Origin: a candidate division WOR-3 bacterium
GTDB taxonomy: Bacteria > Hydrothermota > Hydrothermia > Hydrothermales > JAJRUZ01
Reading direction: 5' to 3'
DNA: 64,000 nucleotides
NCBI GenBank assembly: GCA_024277525.1
Contig: JAJRUZ010000008.1
Coordinates: 20,091-84,090 of the forward strand
The notes under the pieces are model-generated. The model saw only the letters and a list, made by a program, of their open reading frames with translations, was not told the DNA's origin and made no database searches. Position 1 is the first letter of the stretch, and every line of letters starts with the position of its first letter. The position numbers were made by a program, and so were the translations under genes. Shown here piece by piece: positions 39,980-49,217 of the stretch.

Positions 39980-41576
39980 GCCCTTCTAACTGTCTTTTTA
40001 TTTTTTCATCTTCTGATAAAGATAACTCTGAATCTTTTTTATACTCAACAATATTTCCCTTTCTAAAACTTATAGGATGAGATTTTAAATAATTTTCTAT
40101 AAATATTTCCTTTAAAACTCTGCCTTCAATATTCGATGGTATAGGAACATCCAAGGTATAAAGTACAGTAGGTAAAATATCCATAAGTTTCACTTCTTTA
40201 AGTTTATTCCTCTTGATTTTCTTACCCTTTGCAATAAAAATACCTTCCAGTCTATGACAACCTGTGTGTCTATCTGAATAAGGTGTATTCTCGTATACTC
40301 TGCCTTCAAATTGATTTTTAGGTAAGACACATCCCCAGTCATTTATACTTATTAAAATATCTGGTATATCTGAACTATCAGAAAAAGATTTAAAAATTTC
40401 TAATTTAAAATTTTGCTCTTTAGCAATTACTCTGAGGTCTCTTATAATAGAATTAATCATTCCCTCTCTGTTAATACCAGAATTTTCCAAATATTTTTTG
40501 TTAAGGTATATTCCACCAAAAGGAATTGTGTGCCCTGGGTCAAATGCAATTGTATTTTGCCAATCAATCTCATCCAAAATACGAGGTTTAAATGAATTTA
40601 CTGTTTTTTTACCCCATTTATAAACCTTTGGAAAATATTTGTAGAATTTTAATTTATTTGAAATTTGGGTTAAAAAATAAAGAAAAGTTTCTTTTATAAT
40701 TTTGATATTACAGTATTTTTTCTTTCTTTTTAAATAACGTTGTTGTTCTAGCCAGTAATTAAGTCTAAAAACAGAAGTATTTGGACCAAATCCGTGATCA
40801 GAAATAATAAAAAATTCCCCTCCTTCATCAACTATATCATCAAGAAATCCTATAATTTCGTCTATTTTTGCCCAAAATTTCTTAATTTTAGAATTATACT
40901 TATTAGTTTTTCTTTCATTAGTTGTATCAATATATTTCCACATACGATGTTGAAACCAATCAGTTTCAGAAAGTACTATAAATGCTATTCTCCATTTCTT
41001 ATTCATAAGAAGATATTTAATAATTTTATACTTATTCTCTAAAGTTTTAAAGAGATCATTTAAAAATAAAGTCACATCATCGTATTTAGGATGATGGTAA
41101 TTTACTATAAAATCAAACCCATTGCTTACTATTCTTAATATTTCTTTTTTTAAATACGAAGGAAAAGTGAACTCATCTTTTATTGTAGCAGGAAAACCTG
41201 AGATTATAATACCATCAATCTCATAAGGAGGATAAAGAAAAGGATAATTCACAATAATTGGACGCATACCATATTCTTCAACATAATCCCATAAAGATCT
41301 ATTTTTAAAGAAAGAAGAATCAATAGGTTTCATCTTGTTATTCTTTTCATCAAAATACATAAAATCAAAGATACGGAGAGAAAAGGGAGATAATCCAGTA
41401 GCAATAGACAACCAAGCAGGTGCAGTTACAGGAGGAATAACACTTTTTAAAATTCCCAAAGCACCCTTTCCCATTATCCTTTTTAAATTGGGCATTACTC
41501 CTTCTTTAATTAAAGGAGAAATTACATCAAAAGTTGCTCCATCTAAACCTAGAACAATTATTTTATTTGTTTTCAT
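39966..41576 (-). CDS. Alkaline-phosphatase-superfamily protein (type I phosphodiesterase / nucleotide pyrophosphatase family).
   Basis: N-terminal LGLDGATFD...PAWLSIATG metal-site motif. Confidence 0.55.
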   Translation of the reverse strand: MKTNKIIVLGLDGATFDVISPLIKEGVMPNLKRIMGKGALGILKSVIPPVTAPAWLSIATGLSPFSLRIFDFMYFDEKNNKMKPIDSSFFKNRSLWDYVEEYGMRPIIVNYPFLYPPYEIDGIIISGFPATIKDEFTFPSYLKKEILRIVSNGFDFIVNYHHPKYDDVTLFLNDLFKTLENKYKIIKYLLMNKKWRIAFIVLSETDWFQHRMWKYIDTTNERKTNKYNSKIKKFWAKIDEIIGFLDDIVDEGGEFFIISDHGFGPNTSVFRLNYWLEQQRYLKRKKKYCNIKIIKETFLYFLTQISNKLKFYKYFPKVYKWGKKTVNSFKPRILDEIDWQNTIAFDPGHTIPFGGIYLNKKYLENSGINREGMINSIIRDLRVIAKEQNFKLEIFKSFSDSSDIPDILISINDWGCVLPKNQFEGRVYENTPYSDRHTGCHRLEGIFIAKGKKIKRNKLKEVKLMDILPTVLYTLDVPIPSNIEGRVLKEIFIENYLKSHPISFRKGNIVEYKKDSELSLSEDEKIKRQLEGLGYM

Positions 41577-43075
41577 TAAAAACCAATTTTATACTTTATA
41601 TATTTTATAAACTCGTGATCCTTTTTATCAAATATTTTAAATTTATACAAATAACCTATATAAAGAAAAGTAAGTATAAATGTACCTACAATAATTAGAA
41701 TCAAGGGTGGAAAAATCTTATTACAAAAATTTACAAAAAGATACATACCCCAGCCGATACTAAGCATACCCAAAATATATTTGAAATATTCCGGCCTAAA
41801 AGGATTAAGACGATATAACCACAATATTTCAATAAAACCACATAATCCACCTATTATGGGAGAAATAGAGGCTACTATGGATGCTCCAATAAGCCCATAA
41901 CGAGGTATTAACATGTAACTTAATATAAAATTAATCCATAAAATTATAAGAGAATTCAACATACTTAATTTGGTATTACCAAAGGCTTCCAAAGTCATCC
42001 CTTCAGGCCCAAAACATGAATTTATAAATTTGCCTCCGGCAAGTATAAAAAGTGCAAGAGGAGCAAGAAGATATTTATCAGTAAATAAAATTTTTACTAT
42101 CTCCACACCAAAAAGTAAAATTATCATAAAGCCTAAAGCGTTTATAAGAAATATCCATTTAGAAATCCGTTTATATATATTTCGGACCTCATTAAGTTCT
42201 TTTTGTGCTATCAATTCTGAAATAACAGGTTTGTAAATCTGGGCAAAAGATGACATAACAAGACTTATAAAAAATGTTAAATACATATAAATCCTGAAGA
42301 CTCCTACTTCAGCAGAGTTACGAAAATAACCTAAAAATAGAATAGAAATCTGCCCTGTTAAAAGTATAAGGATACTATTAACACTCAAAGGCCAAGAGTA
42401 AGATATAATTTCTTTAAAATTAATCTTTTCTGATGATACATTTGATAAAGAATTTAATATATGCTTTTTCAAAAAAATAAACGCAAAAAAGGAAGTTAAA
42501 GCTAAGGAAATAATATAAGCCCATACCCATCCTAAAAGTTTAAATCCAAGTATAAAAACAATAATTGCAAAAATAATTTGAAATAGTGGAAAAATAAATT
42601 TTTGAATATAAACTTGATATCGTAACTCTTTAAATCCTATAAAAGAAAAGACAATAATTTGTATAAGCGCAAGCATCGGGATACTAAGAATCATGATTTT
42701 AAATACTGGAATTAACATCTGTTTTTTAAATATAGAAATAGAAATATATTCAGAACTTAATAAAAAAATACTTCCAATAATAATACTCAAAAATAAAGAC
42801 CACTTTACTATAGAATAAATCAATGTTTTTATTTTACCTCTATTTCCAGAACTATTATAAAAAGGTATAAACCTATCCAAGGCTTTATGCATCCCTAAAA
42901 GAACAAAAATCAATGAAACATTAATTACCGTTTGAGCTAAAACAAATGTTCCAAATTCTTCTGGGCTTAAAAACCGAGTCAATATCATCAACAAAATATA
43001 ATTCAATACCATCCCAATAATTGAACCGAAGAAGTTTATCCCAGATTCTTTTAAAATTTTCAGCAAATAATTCAT
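41576..43075 (-). CDS. wzx: Polysaccharide flippase (Wzx, MOP superfamily).
   Basis: 499 aa with about 12-14 TM helices and a Wzx-like N-terminus. Confidence 0.7.
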   Translation of the reverse strand: MNYLLKILKESGINFFGSIIGMVLNYILLMILTRFLSPEEFGTFVLAQTVINVSLIFVLLGMHKALDRFIPFYNSSGNRGKIKTLIYSIVKWSLFLSIIIGSIFLLSSEYISISIFKKQMLIPVFKIMILSIPMLALIQIIVFSFIGFKELRYQVYIQKFIFPLFQIIFAIIVFILGFKLLGWVWAYIISLALTSFFAFIFLKKHILNSLSNVSSEKINFKEIISYSWPLSVNSILILLTGQISILFLGYFRNSAEVGVFRIYMYLTFFISLVMSSFAQIYKPVISELIAQKELNEVRNIYKRISKWIFLINALGFMIILLFGVEIVKILFTDKYLLAPLALFILAGGKFINSCFGPEGMTLEAFGNTKLSMLNSLIILWINFILSYMLIPRYGLIGASIVASISPIIGGLCGFIEILWLYRLNPFRPEYFKYILGMLSIGWGMYLFVNFCNKIFPPLILIIVGTFILTFLYIGYLYKFKIFDKKDHEFIKYIKYKIGF

Positions 43076-43077
43076 TT

Positions 43078-44316
43078 TTATCTCTTACAGTACCATTTTT
43101 TTACAAACTCCTTATATTCCCTATCACTCTCCCTCACCTTCCTCCACCACCATTCATTCTCCACATACCATTTAACCGTCCTCTCAATTCTATCCTCCAA
43201 CCCCCAACCCCTAACCCCTAATTCCGAATCCCCAACCCCTAACCCCAATTCCCTAATTTTACTATCATCAATACTATATCTCCTATCATGCCCCGGTCTA
43301 TCTTTTACAAATTTTATCAAAGATTCGGGTTTTCCTAAAATTTTTAAAATCATTTTTACAATTTCTATATTTTCTCTTTCATTTCTTCCTGAAATATTAT
43401 AAACTTCACCTATTTCTCCTTTTTCTATAACTAAATCAACTCCTCTGGCACAGTCTTCAACATATAACCAATCTCTTTTTTGTCTGCCGTCTCCGTATAC
43501 GGGTAATGGTTTATTATTTAAGGCATTTATGGTCATCAAAGGAATTAATTTTTCGGGATATTGATAGGGACCAAAATTGTTGGATGGTCTGATGATTATG
43601 ACAGGAACTTTATAAGTATTGTAATATGCAGAACACAACCTGTCTGCTGCTGCTTTACTTGCTGAATACGGATTTTTAGGATTTATAGGGTCTGTTTCTT
43701 TAAAACTTACACCTTCAGGAGCAGGTCCGTAAACTTCATCGGTTGAAATATGGATGAATTTCCACACATTTTTATTTTTTCTTAAAGATTCAAGAAGAAC
43801 ATAAATTCCGTATACATCGGTTTTTATAAATGCATCAGCCTTTATTATTGACCTGTCAACATGAGTTTCAGCAGCATAATGAACAATTACATCTGATAAA
43901 CTGAAAAGAATATCCGTAACCTCTCGGTCCATAATATTTCCTATTACAAAAATTAACCTTTCTTCCTGAAGTAAATCCTGAACAACATCTTTTAAATCGG
44001 ATAATTTAACAAAATTTACTTTATAACCTTCTGTTTTTAATTTTATTCTTTCAAAATCTTCATTTAAGTTTTCTATTTTTACTTTTGTCTCTTTATCCTC
44101 AAAAATTCTTTTAACATTTAAAATAGTTTCCTGTTCGAGGGGAAATATTATGTTATCTTCATTTAAATAATCTTTTAAATTATCCAGATTTCCGGCATAG
44201 GTTAAAATATCAAGAACTATTATTTTATCGTTTGAATTTTTTAATTTATACCTTACAAATTCGCTACCCATAAAACCGGCACCACCGGTGACTAACAGGG
44301 TATAAGATGTGTTCAT
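43078..44316 (-). CDS. rfbB: dTDP-glucose 4,6-dehydratase with a ~60-aa insertion and a repeat-derived C-terminal insert.
   Basis: TGGAGFMGS Rossmann motif, catalytic YxxxK (YSASKAA), and the C-terminal WY..N.WW motif. Confidence 0.85.
   Translation of the reverse strand: MNTSYTLLVTGGAGFMGSEFVRYKLKNSNDKIIVLDILTYAGNLDNLKDYLNEDNIIFPLEQETILNVKRIFEDKETKVKIENLNEDFERIKLKTEGYKVNFVKLSDLKDVVQDLLQEERLIFVIGNIMDREVTDILFSLSDVIVHYAAETHVDRSIIKADAFIKTDVYGIYVLLESLRKNKNVWKFIHISTDEVYGPAPEGVSFKETDPINPKNPYSASKAAADRLCSAYYNTYKVPVIIIRPSNNFGPYQYPEKLIPLMTINALNNKPLPVYGDGRQKRDWLYVEDCARGVDLVIEKGEIGEVYNISGRNERENIEIVKMILKILGKPESLIKFVKDRPGHDRRYSIDDSKIRELGLGVGDSELGVRGWGLEDRIERTVKWYVENEWWWRKVRESDREYKEFVKKWYCKR
43186..43262. 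repeat. G-rich (sense strand) in-frame tandem duplication GAATT(G/A)GGGTTAGGGGTTGGGG inside rfbB; G-quadruplex-prone.
   Basis: Direct reading; it encodes ELGLGVGDS-ELGVRGWGL in place of the usual ELGW. Confidence 0.7.
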
Positions 44317-44318
44317 TT

Positions 44319-45383
44319 CTAAAGTTCTATTTCTGAATAATCACCGATTGAAACCCTGTAAGCTCTGTGAGAATTTTCTTTTCTGTGTAATTTTGCATAT
44401 TTACCTATCAAACTGTCTTCAAGCCTATCAATTTTTGTTATTTCAGCAGAATCAAGAACCACAGAGTTCTGAATTACAGAATCTATAATTTTAACATTAT
44501 TCCCTATGCTTGTATAGGGTCCTATGAAGGAGTTTTCAATTATTGTATTTTCTCCGATTATCACCGGACCTTTAATTGTAGAGTTTTTGATAACGGCGGT
44601 TTCTTCAATTTTCACTCTTCCTGAGATTTTAGTTTCTCCGTCTATTTTACCTTTTATATCTTTTTTTAAAAATTCATCAAGAACTATTGTATTTGCTTCA
44701 AGTAAATCATCTTTTTTTCCTGTATCAAGCCACCAGCCTTTTAGAACATGAGGAAGTACATTTCCTCCGTTGTCTAACAGACCCTGAATAGCATCTGTAA
44801 TTTCATATTCCCCTCGCCATGATGGTTTAAGGGATTCTATTATTTCATGGATTTGAGGAGTAAAGATATAAACACCTACAAGAGCAAGGTTTGAAGGTGG
44901 TCTTTTAGGTTTTTCAATTAATTTTTTAACTTTTCCGTTCGAGTTCACAACAGCAACTCCAAAAGAAGAAGGATTTGAAACTTCTTTTAACAAAATTAAG
45001 GCATCAGGATTTTCAGCTTCAAAAGTTTTTACAAAAGAACAAATGGATTCTCCTATAAGATTGTCTCCCAGATACATTATAAAAGAATCGTTTCCTAGAT
45101 AGTCTCTCGCAACTTTAACCGCATGGGCAAGTCCAAGGGGTTCATCCTGTAATATAAAAGTAAAATTATGATTCCATGGATTTTTAGAAAGTGAATCTTT
45201 TATTAAATCACCTGTCTCAGGTGCAATGATTACTCCCACATCTTTAATTCCTGCATCTTTTAATTGGTCCATAACATAGTGAAGTATTGGCTTATTTGCA
45301 ACAGGAACAAGTTGTTTGGGTATTGTATGAGTAATAGGACGCAGGCGCGTCCCTTTACCCCCAGCCAAGACAAGCGCTTTCAT
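44319..45383 (-). CDS. rfbA: Glucose-1-phosphate thymidylyltransferase (long form with a C-terminal left-handed beta-helix).
   Basis: MKALVLAGGKGTRLRPITHTIPKQL. Confidence 0.85.
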   Translation of the reverse strand: MKALVLAGGKGTRLRPITHTIPKQLVPVANKPILHYVMDQLKDAGIKDVGVIIAPETGDLIKDSLSKNPWNHNFTFILQDEPLGLAHAVKVARDYLGNDSFIMYLGDNLIGESICSFVKTFEAENPDALILLKEVSNPSSFGVAVVNSNGKVKKLIEKPKRPPSNLALVGVYIFTPQIHEIIESLKPSWRGEYEITDAIQGLLDNGGNVLPHVLKGWWLDTGKKDDLLEANTIVLDEFLKKDIKGKIDGETKISGRVKIEETAVIKNSTIKGPVIIGENTIIENSFIGPYTSIGNNVKIIDSVIQNSVVLDSAEITKIDRLEDSLIGKYAKLHRKENSHRAYRVSIGDYSEIEL

Positions 45384-45564
45384 TTTGTTTTCTCCTTAAA
45401 TAAAATACTACATCAAATATATTTATATTTTTATCCTAACACTTCCTTTCTCCTCTCCAAAAACTCCTCCCTATCATACAATATCCTAAATCCTGCTCCC
45501 TTAAGCCATAATGTATATTTTAAATTCTCAAGGGTTTTCTCTATTACATAAATATTATTTTTTC

Positions 45565-45747
45565 TTGATTTTATTTTAAAATTCTTCTTCTTTTTGTCAC
45601 TATTACAAGATAAAGTTCACCGTTTCTGGTGTCATTATATTTTTATAAATGTTCCGAAGGCTGCAAGGGAAATGAGATTTTTTCCATAGGTTGAAACAAC
45701 CTTCTTTTTTATTTGATTGAGTATGTTAGTTTTTTTCTTGGTTTTTA
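45565..45747 (-). pseudogene. Frameshifted paralog of the MNT-like mini-protein encoded at 49497..49793.
   Basis: Hand translation gives MKNLKTKKKTNILNQIKKKVVSTYGKNLISLAAFGTFIKI, a stop, then NDTRNGELYLVIVTKRRR in another frame. Compare IKKKIVSIYGDDLVSLVAFGPSIRTNFEEKEVYLVIVTK in the intact copy. Confidence 0.4.
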
Positions 45748-45998
45748 AGTTTTTCATGGGTTTTAATTAATTTGTTTTGATCTTATTATTAAATATAAAA
45801 TTTCCCATTTCGCATTCCGAATTCCGAATTTTCCTTTTCACCATTTTATCAATCCCCCTTTATCCCCCTTTTCTAAGCTGAGATCACCCATGATTTTTCC
45901 TAATAAATCACTGTATTACTTGTATAAAATTAAAAATGAAGTTATAATTCAGTCTTTAAAAAGATATTGTTAAATTGTCACATAAATGCGACCGCTAC

Positions 45999-46057
45999 AA
46001 TAATCAATCTTTTCTCGCTTTTCTTGCCCGTCGCGCCTTACCACACATCTCGCGGTG
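45999..46057 (-). repeat. Repeat-element copy in reverse orientation: GCGAGATGT..GCGCGACGG GCAAGAAAA GCGAGAAAA GATTGATTATTG.
   Basis: The reverse complement of 45999-46057 matches the GCGAGA-array plus GATTGATTAT terminus of the family. It lies immediately 3' of the HEPN gene. Confidence 0.7.
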
Positions 46058-46489
46058 TTATCCAATCTCCAAAATCTCCTTCACTTTTACAGAGAATTTT
46101 TCGGCGGACTTGAGCAGTTCTTCTGCTCCTGTTTCTGACCATTCATCATAATAATCTGCATTTTCCCTTAAAGTTTTTGCACGCTGAAAACTCTCCACCA
46201 AGTTTAAGTCCAGCTTACCTTTTTCCACATATAAAGCCCTTAATGCCACCATTAAACAATAATGGCTTTTTTCTCTATAATTCTCAGCATAAATAAGTGC
46301 TCTTGCAAAATGAAACATGGCATAATAAGCCTGAATTGTTGCCCATTTGAATTTTTTTCTTTTAAAAGAATCCTTCGCATCTTCAAGGTCTTTTAATCCT
46401 ATGTTGTATTCTTTTTCCACAAGATATTTTCCTCTTGAAAATTCTCTTAATTTTCTTTTCTTTAAACATTTTTCAAATTCAGGATTCAT
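46058..46489 (-). CDS. HEPN-domain protein (toxin of the HEPN/MNT pair).
   Basis: 143-aa all-helical protein overlapping the 3' end of the nucleotidyltransferase gene by 11 nt. Confidence 0.6.
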   Translation of the reverse strand: MNPEFEKCLKKRKLREFSRGKYLVEKEYNIGLKDLEDAKDSFKRKKFKWATIQAYYAMFHFARALIYAENYREKSHYCLMVALRALYVEKGKLDLNLVESFQRAKTLRENADYYDEWSETGAEELLKSAEKFSVKVKEILEIG

Positions 46490-47033
46490 GAGAGTTCCAC
46501 AGGGTGATACCGTTTTCTATTTCCCTGTAAAAAACAGGGTCTTTTTTCTTTATTTCCATAAATCCAATCTCGGTAACTAATATGGGCTTGATTTTTTTAC
46601 TTGAATTTATAGTTTTTTTAATTTTCGGAATCACATCCTTATTTCTTGCAATTATCACAAGGTCAATATCACTGTCTTTCCAGTTTTCTCCTCTGGATGC
46701 ACTTCCGAAAAGCGTTATTCTTATGGAATATTTTTTTATTTTTTGAACCAGGGGAAGAATATTAATTATGTTCTTTAAAACTTTTATCTGCTTAATTATA
46801 ATGTGATTGTAACTCAATGAGTATAAAAAAATACCTCCTTTTTTTCTCCTGGTGATTAACCCGTATTTACACAATTTTCTGAGAGCATAATTAATCGCTG
46901 ATTTTGAGAGTTTGATTTTTTTTCTTATTTCCTTTTCCGTAAATTCTGTTTCCGGATAATCTATAACATACTCAAGGACTCTTTGAACCGAAGTGGCAAA
47001 TACTATATTCTTCATTTCCAAAAAATTGGACAT
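46479..47033 (-). CDS. Minimal nucleotidyltransferase (MNT) with an N-terminal wHTH; antitoxin partner of the HEPN protein.
   Basis: Pol-beta NTase motif LFGSASRGENWKDSDIDLVII. Confidence 0.75.
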   Translation of the reverse strand: MSNFLEMKNIVFATSVQRVLEYVIDYPETEFTEKEIRKKIKLSKSAINYALRKLCKYGLITRRKKGGIFLYSLSYNHIIIKQIKVLKNIINILPLVQKIKKYSIRITLFGSASRGENWKDSDIDLVIIARNKDVIPKIKKTINSSKKIKPILVTEIGFMEIKKKDPVFYREIENGITLWNSHES

Positions 47034-47061
47034 CTATCCATTATAATGGAAAGTCATAAAA

Positions 47062-47180
47062 ATAATCAATGATTGAGTTTATAAATATGCGAGGCGGGCG
47101 AGACGAGTTTATTGGGTTTATCGGGTTTATAGAGTTTATTGGGTTTGTTGCGTTAATTGCGTTTGCTGTGTTCATTGAGA
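47062..47180 (+). repeat. Repeat element: AATCAATGATTGAG, TTTATAAATAT, GCGAGGCGG, GCGAGACGA, then 9-mers GTTTATTGG, GTTTATCGG, GTTTATAGA, GTTTATTGG, GTTTGTTGCG, TTAATTGCG, TTTGCTGTG, TTCATTGAG.
   Basis: Direct reading. Its AATCAA end (reverse complement TTGATT) together with the palindrome CCATTATAATGG (47038-47049) forms a -35/-10-like pair for the MNT-HEPN operon on the minus strand. Confidence 0.8.
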
Positions 47181-47221
47181 ACATATACGATGGGTTGTAT
47201 GAATGCATTTTGTTTCTTTAA

Positions 47222-47426
47222 ATATATTTATTGAATTCTTCAGGTGATATCTGTGCCTGTTTTAAAATGCCTCTTAAAGTTCCTGTTTTTAATTCTTTAT
47301 GAAGTGGAACAACACAACCCCTTTTCTCATTACCACATGACTGCCTCTTTGTCTTACTTTTTTAAATCCCATTCTCTGTAAAATTTTTATTACTTCTTCT
47401 CCTGAAAGTTCCCTAAGTTTTGACAT
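47222..47426 (-). pseudogene. hicA: hicA-like toxin gene with a frameshift in an A/G homopolymer region.
   Basis: Hand translation gives MSKLRELSGEEVIKILQRMGFKKVRQRGSHVVMRKG, then out-of-frame VVPLHKELKTGTLRGILKQAQISPEEFNKYI. Both halves match HicA, but no intact ORF of 60 aa or more is present. Confidence 0.45.
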
Positions 47427-47625
47427 CTATTTCAAAGGTGGTAATAAGGGGACGTCCTACTTCAGGATGTCCGAATTCTTCCAGATAAAGTTCTGTTGCT
47501 TCTTTTAAATTATTGATTGTTTCCTCTATGGTATAACCCTGACTCACTGTTCCAACTTCCGGACACTCGGCAACCCACATGTCTTCTTCTTTATAAACTA
47601 CTGCTGTAAATGTTTTTGTTTTCAT
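47413..47625 (-). CDS. hicB: HicB-family antitoxin (UPF0150).
   Basis: 70 aa, MKTKTFTAVVYKEEDMWVAECPEVGTVSQGYTIEETINNLKEATELYLEE. Confidence 0.65.
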   Translation of the reverse strand: MKTKTFTAVVYKEEDMWVAECPEVGTVSQGYTIEETINNLKEATELYLEEFGHPEVGRPLITTFEIDVKT

Positions 47626-47652
47626 AATTTTTATATTACACTCCCTTTAATT

Positions 47653-47669
47653 GTGAATGCAATATTCAC
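47653..47669. promoter_or_regulatory. Palindrome GTGAAT-gcaat-ATTCAC about 28 nt upstream of hicB; candidate operator.
   Basis: Perfect 6-bp inverted repeat read directly. Confidence 0.35.
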
Positions 47670-47757
47670 GCTTTACCACACATCTCACAATTTTATCAAT
47701 CAACGCAATAATCCCGACAAACACAACAAACGCGATAAACACGACTCGCATTTTTAA
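47660..47757 (-). repeat. Repeat-element copy in reverse orientation. The reverse complement reads TTGATTAAAAATGCGAGTCGTGTTTATCGCGTTTGTTGTGTTTGTCGGGATTATTGCGTTGATTGA.
   Basis: Direct reading; it shares TTACCACACATCTC with the copy at 46036. Confidence 0.7.
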
Positions 47758-47773
47758 TCAATCCCCCTTAATC

Positions 47774-47801
47774 CCCCTTCGCCAAAGGGGAGAATTTTTT
47801 T
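47774..47801 (+). terminator. Hairpin CCCCTT-cgcca-AAGGGG followed by AGAATTTTTTT (intrinsic-terminator-like, plus strand). It is part of a 34-nt exact duplicate of 49318-49351.
   Basis: Stem, loop and T-tract read directly. Confidence 0.45.
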
Positions 47802-47846
47802 ATTTCCTTTTTCACCGTAAACCCATCCACTCACCGTTTTGCTTTC

Positions 47847-47890
47847 CTCCTTTCTCGCCTTTCTCGCATTACCACCCGTCTCGCATTTTA
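47847..47890 (-). repeat. GCGAGA-array module in reverse orientation (reverse complement: AAAATGCGAGACGGGTGGTAATGCGAGAAAGGCGAGAAAGG); it supplies the last codons (MRDGW, stop) of the DUF4143 ORF.
   Basis: Direct reading. Confidence 0.7.
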
Positions 47891-49153
47891 ACCCATTTCC
47901 AGAAAGGTAATACTCTGCAGGTTATACCTTCTTTTTTTTCTTCATATTCCTGATCACGGGTTATTATTATTCCTGATTTTAGGTTTAAAAATTTACAGGC
48001 TTTTATAAGCCCTTCTATCTCCCTTTTTTTATTTTCTGAATTTATCTCCCATGTGACCTGGATTGCCTGCAATTTGCCATTATTTTTAACCACAAAATCG
48101 CATTCGCCATCTTTATTAAAATAGTATATCTCATATCCTTTTCTTTTCAGTTCAAGAAAAACCACATTTTCCAGCAACCTGCCGTAATCTTCGGATTTGA
48201 CTCTTTTTGCAAGACCTGTATCAACAAGATAAATTTTTGGGTGGATTCCTCATTCTTTTATAGGAAGATTCGGAAAAAATCCTGCTTTCGTATACGAGCA
48301 TGCTTTCAAGAAAATATCTGTAGTAGGAAAAAAGGGAATCTTTTGAAAAAGGGAATTTACCTTTATATTTTTTATAGAAAGAAATAAGGGAAAATCGGGA
48401 TGAAAAGGAGGAGAAAAGGTTCTCCTGCAGGGTTTTCAGCAGGGTTATATTTGTTATATTGAATCTTTCCACAAGGTCTTTGAAGAACATTGCATCAAGA
48501 TATTGGCTTAAAATCTTTTTTCTCATGAATTTTTCTTCAATAAAAGAGACCTCAGGGAAACCACCCCATTCAAGATACTCATTAATATAAGCTTTTAAAA
48601 TTGACTTTTTTCTCCCATAAATCTCTTTTGTTTCAAATTTTTTTGCTCTTAGAAATTCGGTGAAGGAAAAGGGGTAAACCTCATATGTCCATGCCCTTCC
48701 CCTTAAAGAAGCATGTATTCTGGAAGGAGTTATCTCCGAAGAGGAACCTGCAACATAAACATCTATGTTCTCCCTTTCAACCAGTCTCCTGACAAATTTT
48801 TCCCATCCCTTTATATTCTGTATTTCATCAAATAGAAAAATTACTTTTTTTTCTTTAACAAGGCGGGAATTGAGTTCAAAGAAAATATCCTTGATTTTTT
48901 CAAGGTCATCCAGGGTTATTCCCTCAAGTCTTTCATCTTCAAAATCTATATAAAGGGCTTTTTCAGGATTTTTTTTAAATACACTGTAAAGCACAAATGT
49001 TTTGCCACTCCTTCTGACTCCATAAATGACTTTAACTTTTTTGAGTTTTTGAGGGAAAACAATACCTTCCCTCTCTATTATATTTTTTATTTCATTATTT
49101 ATAAATTCTCTGCCCGTAAGTATTATTTCTTTTATTGTATCAGAACTGACCAT
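47869..49153 (-). pseudogene. COG1373-type AAA ATPase (AAA_14 plus DUF4143) split by a frameshift into 48221..49153 and 47869..48177.
   Basis: The N-terminal ORF has a Walker A (GVRRSGKT) and Walker B (VIFLFDEIQ). The C-terminal ORF is a DUF4143-like domain. The two are in different frames. Confidence 0.6.
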
Positions 49154-49217
49154 TTTATTTTGTCCTTTTCAGAAGTATATTTTAAAGAATTTTTGTCCTT
49201 TTTTCAAGGAAAATTTT

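Noticed and set aside
43186-43262. Telomere-like (CCCTAA/GGGGTT) repeat as a chromosome end or plasmid telomere
   Set aside because: It lies in frame inside rfbB and encodes the C-terminal region of the enzyme. It is a short duplicated G-rich insert, not a terminal repeat array.
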